A stretch of DNA of 64,000 nucleotides from Desulfatiglandales bacterium (lineage in GTDB: Bacteria > Desulfobacterota > DSM-4660 > Desulfatiglandales > HGW-15), in the NCBI GenBank assembly GCA_963667015.2, contig CAXXJJ010000004.1, positions 320,001-384,000 of the forward strand, in the 5' to 3' direction. A program made the position numbers and the translations under genes. Below, one piece after another: positions 38,851-52,723 of this stretch. The notes below the pieces were generated by a model that was not told the origin of the DNA, ran no database searches, and worked only from the letters and a program-made list of their open reading frames with translations. Each line of letters begins with the position of its first letter. Position 1 is the stretch's first letter.

Positions 38851-40344
38851 CTAATTGAAAAGATCCGAGACATCACTCATAAGTGTTTGAATTTTTTCTA
38901 TCACCGTATCGATTTCAGGAGGCTCAATGCCGAGTAAAATTCTTGAATCGAGAGTAGATATATTAATGTCATCGGGATTACTTCGGACACCATAACCTGC
39001 TTTTTTTGCAATATTTCCGGCAAGATTCAGGAGAAGAATTTCCTGATCTGTATTATATTTAAATTTGGGTCCTGCATGAAGAAGGCACATTCTTGCATAT
39101 CCATCGCTGAAACCGCATTTTCTTAATGTTGCACTGCCGAAACTTGTGTGAACCGCTTTTGCTTCATCCAGCATCTCATCGACATCAAGAGATTCATATT
39201 TATAATGCAAATCTCCCAGTGTTTTTAAAATAAGTACCTTTCCAATATCGTGAATAAGCCCCATAAAATAAAACTTTTCGCTGTCCCCTAATCTCATGAG
39301 CTCAGCTAATGATCTTGCTGCAAAAGCACTGGCCAGGCTATGCTTCCATAGTTTTTCCATGAGTTTTTTAAATACTTTATCTTTGACTTCATAGAGGCCT
39401 TTATTGGCTATTGTTGCAACTATACTTTGTGTCTCCTTGGCCCCAATACGGGGAATTGCCTGTTTAATCGATAAAATCCTCTCTGTCCCTCTATATAAAA
39501 CTGAATTGGCAACAGCTATAAGGCGTACTGAGATAACAGCATCTTTCTCAATAATTGCTGCAAGCTCATCAGCACTGCTTGAAGGCGAACTAAGAACTTC
39601 CTGAATATCTTTCACGATTTCAGGTAATACAGGAAGATCTATATCACTTTTTTTAAATTTTTGAATAATATCGGATATAATTTCCTTTACTGATCCGGGA
39701 GGGGGTTCTACTGTGTTATTGTTTATTTCAAATTCCTGGTTGTTTTCAGAAGACTCTTCTTCATTGATCTCATCATGTTGAATAAATTTAACAAACCGGT
39801 CAGCCAGTATCTCATCAAATATTGTGCCTGACATTTTTTTAATTTTATCAAGTGCATGATCTGGGCTCATTGCTTCATCGTTAATGCCCCTTGATATTAA
39901 TCTATCGTAAGTATTTACAATGCTGAGTATTTTAGCACCAATTGGAATTTCATTACCTTTGAGTCCCTGAGGATAGCCGCTTCCATTTTCAGCCTCATGG
40001 TGAGAACGTATTATTGGCAGGATATCTTTTAATATGGTGTATTTTGAAAGTATTTTTTCAGAGATAAGGGTATGTTTCTTCATATATGCCATCTCTGTTA
40101 CTGTTAACTCGGATTTCTTGGAAGAAATTTTTTTCGGGATATAGATCATCCCGATATCGTGAAGAAGAGCAGCAATGTATATATGGTTTATCTCTTTTGA
40201 AGGACGTTCCAGGTCTTTCATAAATAATACACATTGATTGGCTACATTTGTTGCGTGAACCTTCATGGATGGATCATTTTTTTCCATCTCACGCATCAAG
40301 GAGTTTATAAGGTCCTTTAGGGTCCCATGTTTGTTTTCTGACAA
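38851..40344 (-). CDS. HD-GYP + HDOD domain protein
   Basis: LLHDIG..HHEAENGSGYPQGLKG; then LPVLP..IIEKDAVISVRLIAVANS..LWKHS..GLIHDIGK. Confidence 0.88.
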   Translation of the reverse strand: MSENKHGTLKDLINSLMREMEKNDPSMKVHATNVANQCVLFMKDLERPSKEINHIYIAALLHDIGMIYIPKKISSKKSELTVTEMAYMKKHTLISEKILSKYTILKDILPIIRSHHEAENGSGYPQGLKGNEIPIGAKILSIVNTYDRLISRGINDEAMSPDHALDKIKKMSGTIFDEILADRFVKFIQHDEINEEESSENNQEFEINNNTVEPPPGSVKEIISDIIQKFKKSDIDLPVLPEIVKDIQEVLSSPSSSADELAAIIEKDAVISVRLIAVANSVLYRGTERILSIKQAIPRIGAKETQSIVATIANKGLYEVKDKVFKKLMEKLWKHSLASAFAARSLAELMRLGDSEKFYFMGLIHDIGKVLILKTLGDLHYKYESLDVDEMLDEAKAVHTSFGSATLRKCGFSDGYARMCLLHAGPKFKYNTDQEILLLNLAGNIAKKAGYGVRSNPDDINISTLDSRILLGIEPPEIDTVIEKIQTLMSDVSDLFN

Positions 40345-40494
40345 TTCTAAAAGTTCCCTTGTTCATTATGAAAAATTTATTCATAGATGAATTGCAGTAA
40401 TCTGCCAGGCAATACGTCAAAAAGCATTACAGAAAAGGCCTTTTTGCTTTAATAATGGCCTAACAGTCTGTTTATTCAATATGTAAACAATTTA

Positions 40495-40510
40495 TGCAAA
40501 TAGTGTGCCT
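40495..40510 (-). promoter_or_regulatory. Candidate sigma-54 promoter of the HD-GYP/HDOD gene
   Basis: Minus strand AGGCACACTATTTGCA (GG-N10-GC). Confidence 0.5.
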
Positions 40511-40709
40511 GTATAAGCTATTGGTAAATGTGTAAAATTTATTTCAATTAATCTATATTGTAAATTGTACAGCAGCGAGTGCCATGTTAATTATCATTCT
40601 GTCAATAAATATATATAATATTTAAAGATTCTTACATATACTGAATGATCTTGAAAAAATAAGTCTACTCTGATATATTTCATCCTTTTTATTTCTACAG
40701 GTCGAAGAA

Positions 40710-43151
<2,442 letters not shown>

Positions 43152-43152
<1 letters not shown>

Positions 43153-44708
43153 TGAGTAACAGCATATATGAAAACAAGATACTTATTCTTGACTTCGGTT
43201 CACAGTATACTCAGCTGATTGCAAGAAGGGTCAGAGAGGCTCAGGTTTATTGCGAAATACATCCTTTCAATCTATCTTTTGAAAAGATAAAGGAATTTGC
43301 ACCCAAAGGCATTATCCTGTCCGGAGGTCCTGCAGATGTATTTGCGGAAGATGCTCCCCTTTCCGATAAAGAGGTTATTGATCTGGGTGTTCCGGTCCTT
43401 GGTATCTGTTATGGCATGCAGTATATGACACAGGTACTTGAAGGAGTTGTCGGAAGGGCGGAAGACAGAGAATACGGCAACGCCATGATCAAAATCCTTG
43501 ATGACAGTGATCTGTTCCATTCCTTTGATAAAGATAAAGATGAAAAGGTATGGATGAGTCATGGAAACAGGATAGACAGGGTCCCTGAAGGTTTCATAGC
43601 TATAGCCAGCAGCTCAAATAGTCCGGTAGCAGCAATGGCAGATCATGAAAGAAAACTGTTCGGTGTCCAGTTTCACCCTGAGGTAGCTCATACTCCCAAT
43701 GGATTAAAGATCCTTAATAATTTTATCTTCAGGATTTGCGGATGCAAACCTTCCTGGACAATGGAATCCTTTGTAAAACAGACGATAAAAGATCTTCAGG
43801 AAAAAATCGGTGATGAGCGTGTTGTATGTGCCCTGTCAGGCGGAGTTGATTCCACTGTAACAGCTATACTGCTGCACAGGGCAATTGGTGACAGGCTTAT
43901 ATGCATATTTGTTGATAACGGTCTTTTACGAAAGAACGAAAGCCAGGAAGTAATGGAGATGTTCAAGGACAGGTATAATATCAACATCAACCTTGTTGAT
44001 GCCTCGGAGCTGTTTCTTGAAAAACTTGAAGGTGTAACCGATCCCGAGCAGAAAAGAAAAATTATCGGACACGAGTTTATTTCTGTTTTTGAAAAAAAAT
44101 CCAAGGAACTCGGGAATATCAAATATCTGGCCCAGGGTACACTGTACCCGGATGTGATTGAAAGCGTTTCCTTTAAAGGTCCTTCCGCCACAATAAAGAG
44201 TCACCATAATGTTGGAGGCCTTCCCGAAAAGATGAAGATGGATCTTCTTGAACCCCTCAGAGAACTTTTTAAGGATGAAGTAAGACTCCTGGGAAGGGAG
44301 CTTGGGCTTTCAAAGGAACTTGTTTTAAGGCAGCCTTTTCCCGGACCGGGGCTTGCTGTAAGAATACTTGGTGAAATAACCAGAAAACGCCTTGATGTTC
44401 TCAGAGACGCTGATGCAATACTCATCGAGGAAATAAGGGCTGCAGGCCTGTACGAAAAAGTGTGGCAGTCATTTGCCGTGCTTTTACCCGTAAAGACAGT
44501 AGGTGTTATGGGTGATGAAAGAACATATGAGAATGTAGTAGCCGTGAGGTCTGTAGACAGTCTTGATGCCATGACTGCAGACTGGACCAGAATTCCCTAT
44601 GACATTCTCGAAAAAATTTCTAACAGAATTATTAACAATGTGCGCGGTGTAAACAGGGTTGTTTATGATATATCTTCAAAACCGCCCGGCACTATTGAGT
44701 GGGAATAA
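43152..44708 (+). CDS. guaA: GMP synthase (glutamine-hydrolysing)
   Basis: [39 protein letters not shown]. Confidence 0.98.
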
Positions 44709-45441
44709 AAAAACCGGGCGCAGGGCTCAAGGCACAGGGCAAAAACTTCAAGTTAAACAGTTTAGATACTCTTCTGATAATCTGGGATATCTGATCTGCT
44801 CCGATCAAAATGCCGTTGCTGTTGACGGCGGGGCTGTTGAGGATATCCTTTCCTTTTTAAAATCCAACAATATTTCACTTAAGTACGTGATCAATACCCA
44901 CAGTCACGGTGACCATACCATTGGCAATCAGCAGCTTCTTAAAAACACTGACGCAGAGTTTATTGATTATCAGACCTTGAAAGACAATGGTCTTAAACTG
45001 GATAATGTCCCAGTAGATATCTTTGAAACCCCAGGTCATACCTCTGATTCTCTTGTATTAAAGATTGGTCTAAACCTTCTAACCGGTGATACGCTTTTTA
45101 TAGGTAAAGTCGGCAGATGTTTTACAAGGGATTTAAATGGTTTTCTTGATTCCATTAAGCTTATTATGGAATTCCCGGATAACTGTATAATATATCCCGG
45201 CCATGATTACGTACTCGAATATATGGATTTTGTCAGAAAACTTGACCCGGATAACCGCAACATTGAAAAAGTTGAAGCTAATTATAATCCAGTTTGTATT
45301 CAATCTGTCCTGGGGGTTGAAAAGAAAATAAACCCATTCCTGAGAATAAATGACAGGAGGATCATATCCATGCTTGAAAAACGAGGCCTGCCTGTGAAAA
45401 CCGAATACGACAGATGGAAATCAATGTTTACCATGATGTGA
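44695..45441 (+). CDS. gloB: Hydroxyacylglutathione hydrolase-like metallo-beta-lactamase fold protein (start uncertain)
   Basis: [32 protein letters not shown]. Confidence 0.8.
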   Translation: MSGNKKTGRRAQGTGQKLQVKQFRYSSDNLGYLICSDQNAVAVDGGAVEDILSFLKSNNISLKYVINTHSHGDHTIGNQQLLKNTDAEFIDYQTLKDNGLKLDNVPVDIFETPGHTSDSLVLKIGLNLLTGDTLFIGKVGRCFTRDLNGFLDSIKLIMEFPDNCIIYPGHDYVLEYMDFVRKLDPDNRNIEKVEANYNPVCIQSVLGVEKKINPFLRINDRRIISMLEKRGLPVKTEYDRWKSMFTMM

Positions 45442-45490
45442 AAATTTTAAATGGTTTGAGGTGTACGTTTTAGGATATAAGGCAAGGATT

Positions 45491-46054
45491 TTATTCGCTG
45501 TATACCGGTAAATTATCCTCAGGTATATCTTTTAACACCTTATATCTGCCGTCCTTTTCCGATAATACGGGGTCTGTTACAGGCCATTTAATCCCTATTT
45601 CCGGATCATTCCATATTACTCCATACTCATCATCCGGTGCGTAAAAGTCAGTGCATTTATAAATTACATCCGCCTCTTCACTTGTTACACAAAAGCCGTG
45701 TGCAAATCCGGGAGGCACATAAAATTGTCTTTTATTCTCGCTTGATAAAATAACGCTTATACATTTGCCGAAGCTGGGAGAACCTTTTCTTATATCAAGC
45801 ACCACATCAAATATTTCGCCCCTGAGTACATATAGAAGTTTTCCCTGGGAATGTTTCAGCTGATAATGAAGGCCGCGCAACGTGCCCTTAATTGAATGGG
45901 AATGATTATCCTGTACAAACCTTTTTTCAAGTCCGTTTTCCGAATATTTATTATTATGGTATGTTTCGAGAAAAAAACCCCTGCTGTCATTAAACACGGC
46001 AGGCTCTATTATTGTGACACCGGGAATATCCGTTTTGATAAATGACAGGGGCAT
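45491..46054 (-). CDS. rfbC: dTDP-4-dehydrorhamnose 3,5-epimerase
   Basis: DSRGFF, QDNHS, GTLRGLHYQ, PPGFAHGF. Confidence 0.97.
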   Translation of the reverse strand: MPLSFIKTDIPGVTIIEPAVFNDSRGFFLETYHNNKYSENGLEKRFVQDNHSHSIKGTLRGLHYQLKHSQGKLLYVLRGEIFDVVLDIRKGSPSFGKCISVILSSENKRQFYVPPGFAHGFCVTSEEADVIYKCTDFYAPDDEYGVIWNDPEIGIKWPVTDPVLSEKDGRYKVLKDIPEDNLPVYSE

Positions 46055-46929
46055 TAGTTTTTCCCTTCGTTGGCAATTGCCATAAGATAGGTACCATACT
46101 CATTATTTTTATTTTCTTTGGCAAGTTCCATTAACTGATCACTTTTTATATAACCGAGCTGAAATGCAATTTCCTCAATACATGAAATCTTGATACCCTG
46201 CCTCTCCTGTATGGTCTCAACATAATTTGATGCCTGCTGAAGAGCTTCATGGGTGCCTGTATCAAGCCATGCGAAACCCCGGCCCAGGAGTTCCACCTTT
46301 AACTCTCCGCGTCTTAAATACTCCAGGTTGACATCTGTTATTTCGTACTCCCCCCTGGCTGACGGTTTAAGATTTTCAGCTATTTTAATTACACTGTTGT
46401 CATACATATACAAGCCAGGTACTGCAAATTTTGATTTTGGTTTTTCAGGTTTTTCTTCTATACCGATGACTTTGTTATCTTTGTCAAATTCTACGACACC
46501 GTATCTTTCAGGATCTTTAACAAGGTATCCGAAGATCAGACCGCCTTTTTCAAGTTTGACGGCATTATGCAGAATAGTATCAAGGCTGTGGCCGTAAAAG
46601 ATGTTGTCACCCAGGATCAGGCAGACATTGTCATTACCTATAAACGATTTACCTATTATAAATGCCTGTGCAAGACCATTTGGACTGGGTTGTTCAGCAT
46701 ATGTAAATGCCAACCCCAGTTTGGAGCCGTCTCCAAGAAGTTTTTTAAAATTAGGAAGGTCATCCGGTGTGCTTATGATCAATATTTCCCTGATCCCTGC
46801 ATTCATTAATACACTTAATGGATAATAGATCATGGGTTTATCATATAGGGGTAATAACTGTTTGCTCACCACTCTTGTAAGAGGATACAGCCTTGTCCCT
46901 GAACCGCCTGCCAGAATTATTCCCTTCAA
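46054..46929 (-). CDS. rfbA: Glucose-1-phosphate thymidylyltransferase
   Basis: [29 protein letters not shown] start. Confidence 0.98.
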   Translation of the reverse strand: MKGIILAGGSGTRLYPLTRVVSKQLLPLYDKPMIYYPLSVLMNAGIREILIISTPDDLPNFKKLLGDGSKLGLAFTYAEQPSPNGLAQAFIIGKSFIGNDNVCLILGDNIFYGHSLDTILHNAVKLEKGGLIFGYLVKDPERYGVVEFDKDNKVIGIEEKPEKPKSKFAVPGLYMYDNSVIKIAENLKPSARGEYEITDVNLEYLRRGELKVELLGRGFAWLDTGTHEALQQASNYVETIQERQGIKISCIEEIAFQLGYIKSDQLMELAKENKNNEYGTYLMAIANEGKN

Positions 46930-46944
46930 AATTTATCTCCTTTG

Positions 46945-48000
46945 TTAGGGCTTAGCATAATGTTTGTTTATCCAGGACTGGTACTCTCCGCTTCTAACAT
47001 GGTTGATCCAGTTGCTGTTTTTAAGGTACCATTTTATTGTCTTTTCAAGACCTGTCTCAAATGATTCCTCCGGTCGCCATCCAAGATTATTCTGTATTTT
47101 AGTTGAGTCAATGGCATAGCGCTTGTCATGACCCGGTCTGTCTGTAACAAATTTTATCAGCTCTCTTCTGGTCTTATGTTTTTTCGGTTTTTCAACATGG
47201 TCAATATAGTCGCATAAAAGTTCAACAATACGGATATTCTCCATTTCATTATTTCCGCCTATATTGTATGTCTCTCCCTTTTTCCCTTTCTCCATAATCA
47301 GTTTTATTGCGCTGCAGTGATCTTTTACATAGAGCCAGTCTCTTACATTTTTACCGTCACCATAAACCGGAAGGGGAGTTTCTGATAGTGCATTGAGTAT
47401 CATCAACGGTATAAGTTTTTCGGGAAACTGGTAGGGACCATAATTATTGCTGCAGTTTGAAATGGTTACCGGTATGCCATATGTCTTAAAATAGGCCCTA
47501 ACAAGATGGTCAGAGGAGGCTTTTGAAGCGGAATAGGGGCTGTTAGGTTTATAGGACGTCTCTTCAGTAAACAGGCCTTCAGTGCCGAGACTTCCAAAGA
47601 CCTCATCCGTGCTGATGTGATGAAACAGATTTAAGCCTTCTTTGTATTTTCTCGCACATTCAAGAAGGTTGAAAGTACCGACAATGTTTGTCCTAATAAA
47701 ATCGGATGGTCCGGAAATAGACCTGTCAACATGAGATTCAGCCGCAAAATGGCAGACCGCATCTATGGAGTAGTCCTTGAAGACAGAATCCATTGCATTC
47801 ATGTCACAAATATCGGCCTTTATAAATACATACCGGCTCTGATACTCTTTTTCAAGGTCTGCCAGGTTTTCCGGATTACCTGCATATGTGAGTTTATCAA
47901 CATTTATAATCCGGCCTTTAAAGTCGCAGCTCCGAAGAAGATACCGTATAAAATTACTTCCAATAAAACCGCTTCCACCTGTTACAAGCAGGTTATCCAT
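46945..48000 (-). CDS. rfbB: dTDP-glucose 4,6-dehydratase
   Basis: GGSGFIGS, AAESHVDRS, STDEV, YSASK, DRPGHD. Confidence 0.98.
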   Translation of the reverse strand: MDNLLVTGGSGFIGSNFIRYLLRSCDFKGRIINVDKLTYAGNPENLADLEKEYQSRYVFIKADICDMNAMDSVFKDYSIDAVCHFAAESHVDRSISGPSDFIRTNIVGTFNLLECARKYKEGLNLFHHISTDEVFGSLGTEGLFTEETSYKPNSPYSASKASSDHLVRAYFKTYGIPVTISNCSNNYGPYQFPEKLIPLMILNALSETPLPVYGDGKNVRDWLYVKDHCSAIKLIMEKGKKGETYNIGGNNEMENIRIVELLCDYIDHVEKPKKHKTRRELIKFVTDRPGHDKRYAIDSTKIQNNLGWRPEESFETGLEKTIKWYLKNSNWINHVRSGEYQSWINKHYAKP

Positions 48001-48002
48001 GG

Positions 48003-49670
48003 TTAATCTTCCTTGAATATAGCTCCGGTATTTGCCGAGGTTACCTGTTTTGCATATCTATAAAGGTAACCCGTTTTAACCTTGTAATCCGGTCTTGTCC
48101 ATTCTGCTGATCGTTTTTCTATTTCCTCATCACTCAATTTGACATTAAGTGACCTTTCAGGGATATTTATTTCAATTATATCGCCTTCTTTAAGTATGCC
48201 TATTGGGCCGCCTTCCTGCGCTTCCGGTGATACATGGCCTATGGCAGCTCCTTTTGTTCCTCCTGAAAATCTACCATCAGTAATAAGTGCTACATCCTTG
48301 TCAAGACCAACCCCGGCCAGGGCCGATGTAGGTGAAAGCATCTCTCTCATACCAGGTCCGCCCTTTGGACCCTCATATCTGATCACTATAACATCACCCT
48401 TGTTTATCTTTAGGTCCATAATTGCCTCCATTGCCTCTTCTTCACTTTCAAAGATTCGGGCAGGACCGGAGTGTATGAGCATGGAATCTGCAACTGCTGA
48501 TTTTTTAACAACTGCACCAAGCGGAGCAAGGTTGCCAAAAAGTATTGCAAGACCTCCATCAGGAGAGTAGGGGGCATCGATTTTTTTAATAACAGTGTCA
48601 TCAAGAGATTCTGCGGTTCCGACTATCTCTTTTATCGTGGCCCCGGCTACGGTCATAACGTCAGTATGTAGCAGATCCTTTTTCATTAATTCACCCATAA
48701 CAGCAGGTATACCTCCAGCTTCATGAAGGTCTTCCATGTGAGATGAACCTGCTGGTGATATCTTACATAGGTTCGGTGTTTCTGCACTGATTTTATTAAA
48801 GAGGTCAAGGTCAAGTTTCAGTCCTGCCTCATGTGCAATGGCCGGAAGGTGAAGTACCGTGTTGGTTGAGCTTCCAAGGGCCATTTCAGCATGCATCGCG
48901 TTTTCAAATGCCTTCATTGTCGCAATGTCTCTTGGCTTAATGTCTTTCTCTACAAGGGCCATTATCCTTTTTCCGGTTTTCTTGGCAAGCCTCTGCCTTT
49001 CAGCCATGACTGCCGGAATTGTTCCATTTCCAGGGAGAGCTACTCCAAGTGCTTCACTCAGGCAGTTCATGGAATTAGCTGTAAACATTCCCGAACATGA
49101 TCCTGCTCCGGGACAGGCATTGTTTTCCATTTCCAGGAATTCCTCTTCTGTGATCAGGCCTGCTTTTTTGGCTCCTACACCTTCAAAAACACTGATAAGA
49201 TCAACTGCCTTCTTGTTCTTCATTTTACCGGCAAGCATTGCACCGCCGCTTAATAATATTGAAGGTATATTTAAACGCATCATGGCCATGAGCATGCCGG
49301 GTACTATCTTGTCGCAGTTGCATACAAAGACAAGACCGTCAAAGGGAAAGGCGGTAGCCATTATTTCCACGGAATCGGCAATCAGTTCTCTGGAAATAAG
49401 GGAATATTTCATACCCTCGTGGTTCATGGCAATTCCGTCACACACGCCTATGGTAGGAAATTCAAGGGGAGTACCGCCGTTCATGGCAATTCCCATTTTT
49501 ACCGAAGTTACAAGGCTGTCAAGGTGGATATGCCCGGGTATTACTTCATTGGCGGAATTTGCAATACCTATGATGGGTCTTGCCAGTTCATCATCTGTGA
49601 GTCCCATTGCCTTGCAGAGGGATCTGTGAGGTGCTCTTTCTATTCCTTTTTTCATTTTATCTGATCTCAT
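48003..49670 (-). CDS. ilvD: Dihydroxy-acid dehydratase
   Basis: [35 protein letters not shown]. Confidence 0.97.
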   Translation of the reverse strand: MRSDKMKKGIERAPHRSLCKAMGLTDDELARPIIGIANSANEVIPGHIHLDSLVTSVKMGIAMNGGTPLEFPTIGVCDGIAMNHEGMKYSLISRELIADSVEIMATAFPFDGLVFVCNCDKIVPGMLMAMMRLNIPSILLSGGAMLAGKMKNKKAVDLISVFEGVGAKKAGLITEEEFLEMENNACPGAGSCSGMFTANSMNCLSEALGVALPGNGTIPAVMAERQRLAKKTGKRIMALVEKDIKPRDIATMKAFENAMHAEMALGSSTNTVLHLPAIAHEAGLKLDLDLFNKISAETPNLCKISPAGSSHMEDLHEAGGIPAVMGELMKKDLLHTDVMTVAGATIKEIVGTAESLDDTVIKKIDAPYSPDGGLAILFGNLAPLGAVVKKSAVADSMLIHSGPARIFESEEEAMEAIMDLKINKGDVIVIRYEGPKGGPGMREMLSPTSALAGVGLDKDVALITDGRFSGGTKGAAIGHVSPEAQEGGPIGILKEGDIIEINIPERSLNVKLSDEEIEKRSAEWTRPDYKVKTGYLYRYAKQVTSANTGAIFKED

Positions 49671-49712
49671 GCGTTTCTCCTTATAATCTAGCGCTTAAAA
49701 CCGCTTTTTATT

Positions 49713-51353
49713 TTAAAAAAATTCTCCGCCCCTGGCAATGGGAAATCTCCTGCCATACCCGAAGGCCTTTGAGGTTACCTTAATACCGGGAGCTGCCTGT
49801 CTGCGTTTGTATTCATTTATTACTATACGTCTGAATATATCCTTTACGGTATCGGAATCATGTCCCGCTTCAACAAGCTGTTCATGGGAAAGGTTTTTTT
49901 CTATAATTCCTTCCACTATCTCATCTAGAATTTCATATGGCGGCAGAGAGTCCTGATCAGTCTGGTCAGGCCTGAGTTCTGCCGATGGCGGACGTTCTAT
50001 AATTTTTTGGGGAATAATCTCTTTTTCCCTGTTTATATATCTGGCCACCCTGTAGCAGAGTGTCTTGGGCAGGTCCGAAATTACCGCCAGCCCCCCGCTC
50101 ATATCACCGTAAAGGGTACAGTATCCCACTGCTGTTTCCGATTTATTACCCGTGGTTAATAAAAGGGAATTGAATTTATTGGTCATTGCCATAAGGATAT
50201 TACCGCGTATCCTTGCCTGTATATTTTCTTCTGTCTCATTTTCCTTTAAACCCTTAAAAACAGGTGACAGGGCAGTTTTGAAACTCTCAAAAAGATGTTC
50301 AATGGGTATCTCTTCAAAATGTATACCAAGATTTTCAGCCAACTCCCTTGCACAATCTTTACTCAATTGGGATGTGTAGGGTGAGGGCATACTGACTCCT
50401 GTTACATTATCAGGTCCAAGGGCCATCATTGCTATGTATGCCACAAGTGATGAATCAATCCCTCCGCTTAGGCCGACAAGCACTTTATTGAATTTACATT
50501 TTGTAACATAATCAAAGGTGCCGGTAACAAGGCAATTGATTATGGATTCTTCCTCATCAGGCAATGGATCAGATATGGGGGAATAATCTGTTTCCGTATT
50601 CCACTCTATGATGTCCGACTTAAATTCTCTTCCAAGCAGTATAAGTTGACCTTTATTATTAACAACCATGCTCGAACCATCAAATACAAGATCATCATTT
50701 CCTCCGACCTGGTCGCAGTAAATAACAGGTATGTTATATTTGAGGGCAATCTTTTCCAGTACCTTCAGGCGTAGTGCCGGCTTATTTATTGTGTATGGCG
50801 ACGCCGAGATATTGATCAGAATATCAATACCTTTTTTACACAGCTCTGCAACCGGATCCCTGTCGTATTTTGGAAGATTTTCAATATCCCCGACATTCCA
50901 TATGTCTTCACATATTGTTACACCTATCCTGATTTCTTCAAGTTCAAACAGAAGGCTGCTTTCCGCGGGTTCAAAGTAACGCGTTTCATCAAAGACATCA
51001 TAGGTCGGCAGAAGTTTTTTCCCGCCAGTGCATGATATTTTCCCATTACTTATTAATGCAGCCCCGTTTATAAGGTCCTTGCCTTTTCCTGTTTTATTCC
51101 TGTCCACAAATCCGCAGACGATATTAGTATCACCTGCTTTTTCTGATAATTTTTCAAGATATTCAATGTTTCTTGTAATAAAGGCAGGCTTTTCAAGAAG
51201 GTCTTTAGGGGGATATCCCATAAGAGATAACTCCGGAAAGATCGCAAGCGAACATCCGGAGTCTGCTGATTTTTGAACAGCATCCAGCATAAGTGAAAGA
51301 TTATATTCAAAATCACCAATAACCGGATTAATCTGGTTGATAGAGATTTTCAT
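49713..51353 (-). CDS. nadE: Glutamine-dependent NAD+ synthetase
   Basis: Nitrilase domain FPEL..ICEDIW; SGGIDS, NIQARIR, TGNKSE, PPSAEL. Confidence 0.96.
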   Translation of the reverse strand: MKISINQINPVIGDFEYNLSLMLDAVQKSADSGCSLAIFPELSLMGYPPKDLLEKPAFITRNIEYLEKLSEKAGDTNIVCGFVDRNKTGKGKDLINGAALISNGKISCTGGKKLLPTYDVFDETRYFEPAESSLLFELEEIRIGVTICEDIWNVGDIENLPKYDRDPVAELCKKGIDILINISASPYTINKPALRLKVLEKIALKYNIPVIYCDQVGGNDDLVFDGSSMVVNNKGQLILLGREFKSDIIEWNTETDYSPISDPLPDEEESIINCLVTGTFDYVTKCKFNKVLVGLSGGIDSSLVAYIAMMALGPDNVTGVSMPSPYTSQLSKDCARELAENLGIHFEEIPIEHLFESFKTALSPVFKGLKENETEENIQARIRGNILMAMTNKFNSLLLTTGNKSETAVGYCTLYGDMSGGLAVISDLPKTLCYRVARYINREKEIIPQKIIERPPSAELRPDQTDQDSLPPYEILDEIVEGIIEKNLSHEQLVEAGHDSDTVKDIFRRIVINEYKRRQAAPGIKVTSKAFGYGRRFPIARGGEFF

Positions 51354-51426
51354 ATTAATACTAACTTTAATGTTAATGATATGGATAGAAGCTTATTAGT
51401 GCCTCTATAAAATTTCTAAACAGATA

Positions 51427-52617
51427 CTATCGGGTTCCTTCACCTGCTTTTTCAATTGCTTTTAGAAGTCCGGGCATCTTCTCTTCCATATTCAGTGTAA
51501 TCTGGATGGTGAGTGCCCTGGACATTATTGCCGATGATTTAGGAAGCGCCGCTTTATCATAGCTGCATCTTGTTTCACCTTTGGGTGTCTTAAAGGGATG
51601 TCCGCTTTTTATAAGGCTCTTACCTTCAAGAAGATGTTCCCATCTTTCATAATAATGCCAGTCATTATCATACCAGTAAACAGCACCATAACCTTCTTCA
51701 GCCATAATCCTGTTAAATTCTCTTGCCTTTTTTTCATCAGGAAGCAGGAAGATCATAAAGGTGGCCGTGTCACCGGATGGGTCTGGTATATTCCGGAAGG
51801 TTATCTGGCTGAACTTTGACAGAGCATCTTTGATTCGGGCCTTATATCCTCTTTGTATTTCAAGAATCTTATCCAGTTTGTTAAGCTGGGCCAGACCGAT
51901 GGCACCCTGCAGTTCCATCATTCTGTAATTGAAACCGATAAAACTCCTTTTTTCAAGTCCTCTTCCGACATTTGGATTATGATCGTGCCCATGATCATGG
52001 TACTCGGAAGCCCTTGTATGAAGGTCCTTGTCATTTGTCAGCAGCATCCCGCCTTCGCCTGTTGTAATGGTCTTAACCGCATCAAATGAGAATGTCCCCA
52101 CCTTCCCGAATGTCCCTAGTGCCTTGCCATTACACATGCCTCCGCATGACTGCGCGGTATCTTCAAGAACCGGTATCCCGCGTTTGTCGGCAATTTCCAC
52201 TATCTTTTCAATATTGGCAGGCGCTCCACACATGTGAACCGGAATGATGGCTTTTGTCCTTGGGGTTATCTTATTTTCCAGATCATCCGGATCAAGGCAG
52301 AGCGTATCATCTATTTCAGCAAAAACAGGTGTTGCCCCTGCGTCAAAAATTGCTTCCCATGTTGCAATAAAGGTAAATCCCTGTGTGATTACCTCATCAC
52401 CGGGGCCTACGCCAAGGGCGGCCAGGGCAACCTTCAGAGCTGCAGTCCCGGATGATACGGCCAGGGCATAACCTGCGCCATTATATTCGGCAAATTTCTT
52501 TTCAAATTCCAGAACCTTGCTGTTGTCTTTATGTTCGTATCTGAGCAGTATTTTTTTAGACAGGGCCTCTTTTACGCCATCCAGCTCTTCCTGCCCTATA
52601 ATTTCATATCCAGGCAT
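51427..52617 (-). CDS. kdnA: DegT/DnrJ PLP aminotransferase, KdnA-like (Kdo 8-aminotransferase)
   Basis: MPGYE start, SFDAVKTITTGEGG, DHGHDH, RNIPDPSGD, YWYDNDWHY resemble Shewanella KdnA as recalled; adjacent Fe-ADH. Confidence 0.7.
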   Translation of the reverse strand: MPGYEIIGQEELDGVKEALSKKILLRYEHKDNSKVLEFEKKFAEYNGAGYALAVSSGTAALKVALAALGVGPGDEVITQGFTFIATWEAIFDAGATPVFAEIDDTLCLDPDDLENKITPRTKAIIPVHMCGAPANIEKIVEIADKRGIPVLEDTAQSCGGMCNGKALGTFGKVGTFSFDAVKTITTGEGGMLLTNDKDLHTRASEYHDHGHDHNPNVGRGLEKRSFIGFNYRMMELQGAIGLAQLNKLDKILEIQRGYKARIKDALSKFSQITFRNIPDPSGDTATFMIFLLPDEKKAREFNRIMAEEGYGAVYWYDNDWHYYERWEHLLEGKSLIKSGHPFKTPKGETRCSYDKAALPKSSAIMSRALTIQITLNMEEKMPGLLKAIEKAGEGTR

Positions 52618-52641
52618 ATATTTTCCTCTCTTCTATAAAAA

Positions 52642-52718
52642 ATTCGAAGTGACTAAAGTGCGGAGTTCGAAGTAGGCATCATTTATAACTCCGTACTTCG
52701 AACTTCCCAATTCGCACT
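52642..52718. repeat. Degenerate 7-mer inverted repeat element (TTCGAAG / CTTCGAA)
   Basis: TTCGAAGTGACTAAAGTGCGGAGTTCGAAGT faces ACTCCGTACTTCGAACTTCCCAATTCGCACT. Confidence 0.65.
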
Positions 52719-52723
52719 GCTTT

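Noticed and set aside
44709..44790. GCACAGGGCAAA as a c-di-GMP-I riboswitch, and the guaA 3' end as an island integration site
   Set aside because: The downstream GAAA tetraloop/GACGCAAAG elements are missing, and no integrase or duplicated guaA end is seen.
48859..49629. Long antisense ORFs (also 41925-42548, 14525-15073, 37072-37587)
   Set aside because: They are shadows opposite well-supported genes.
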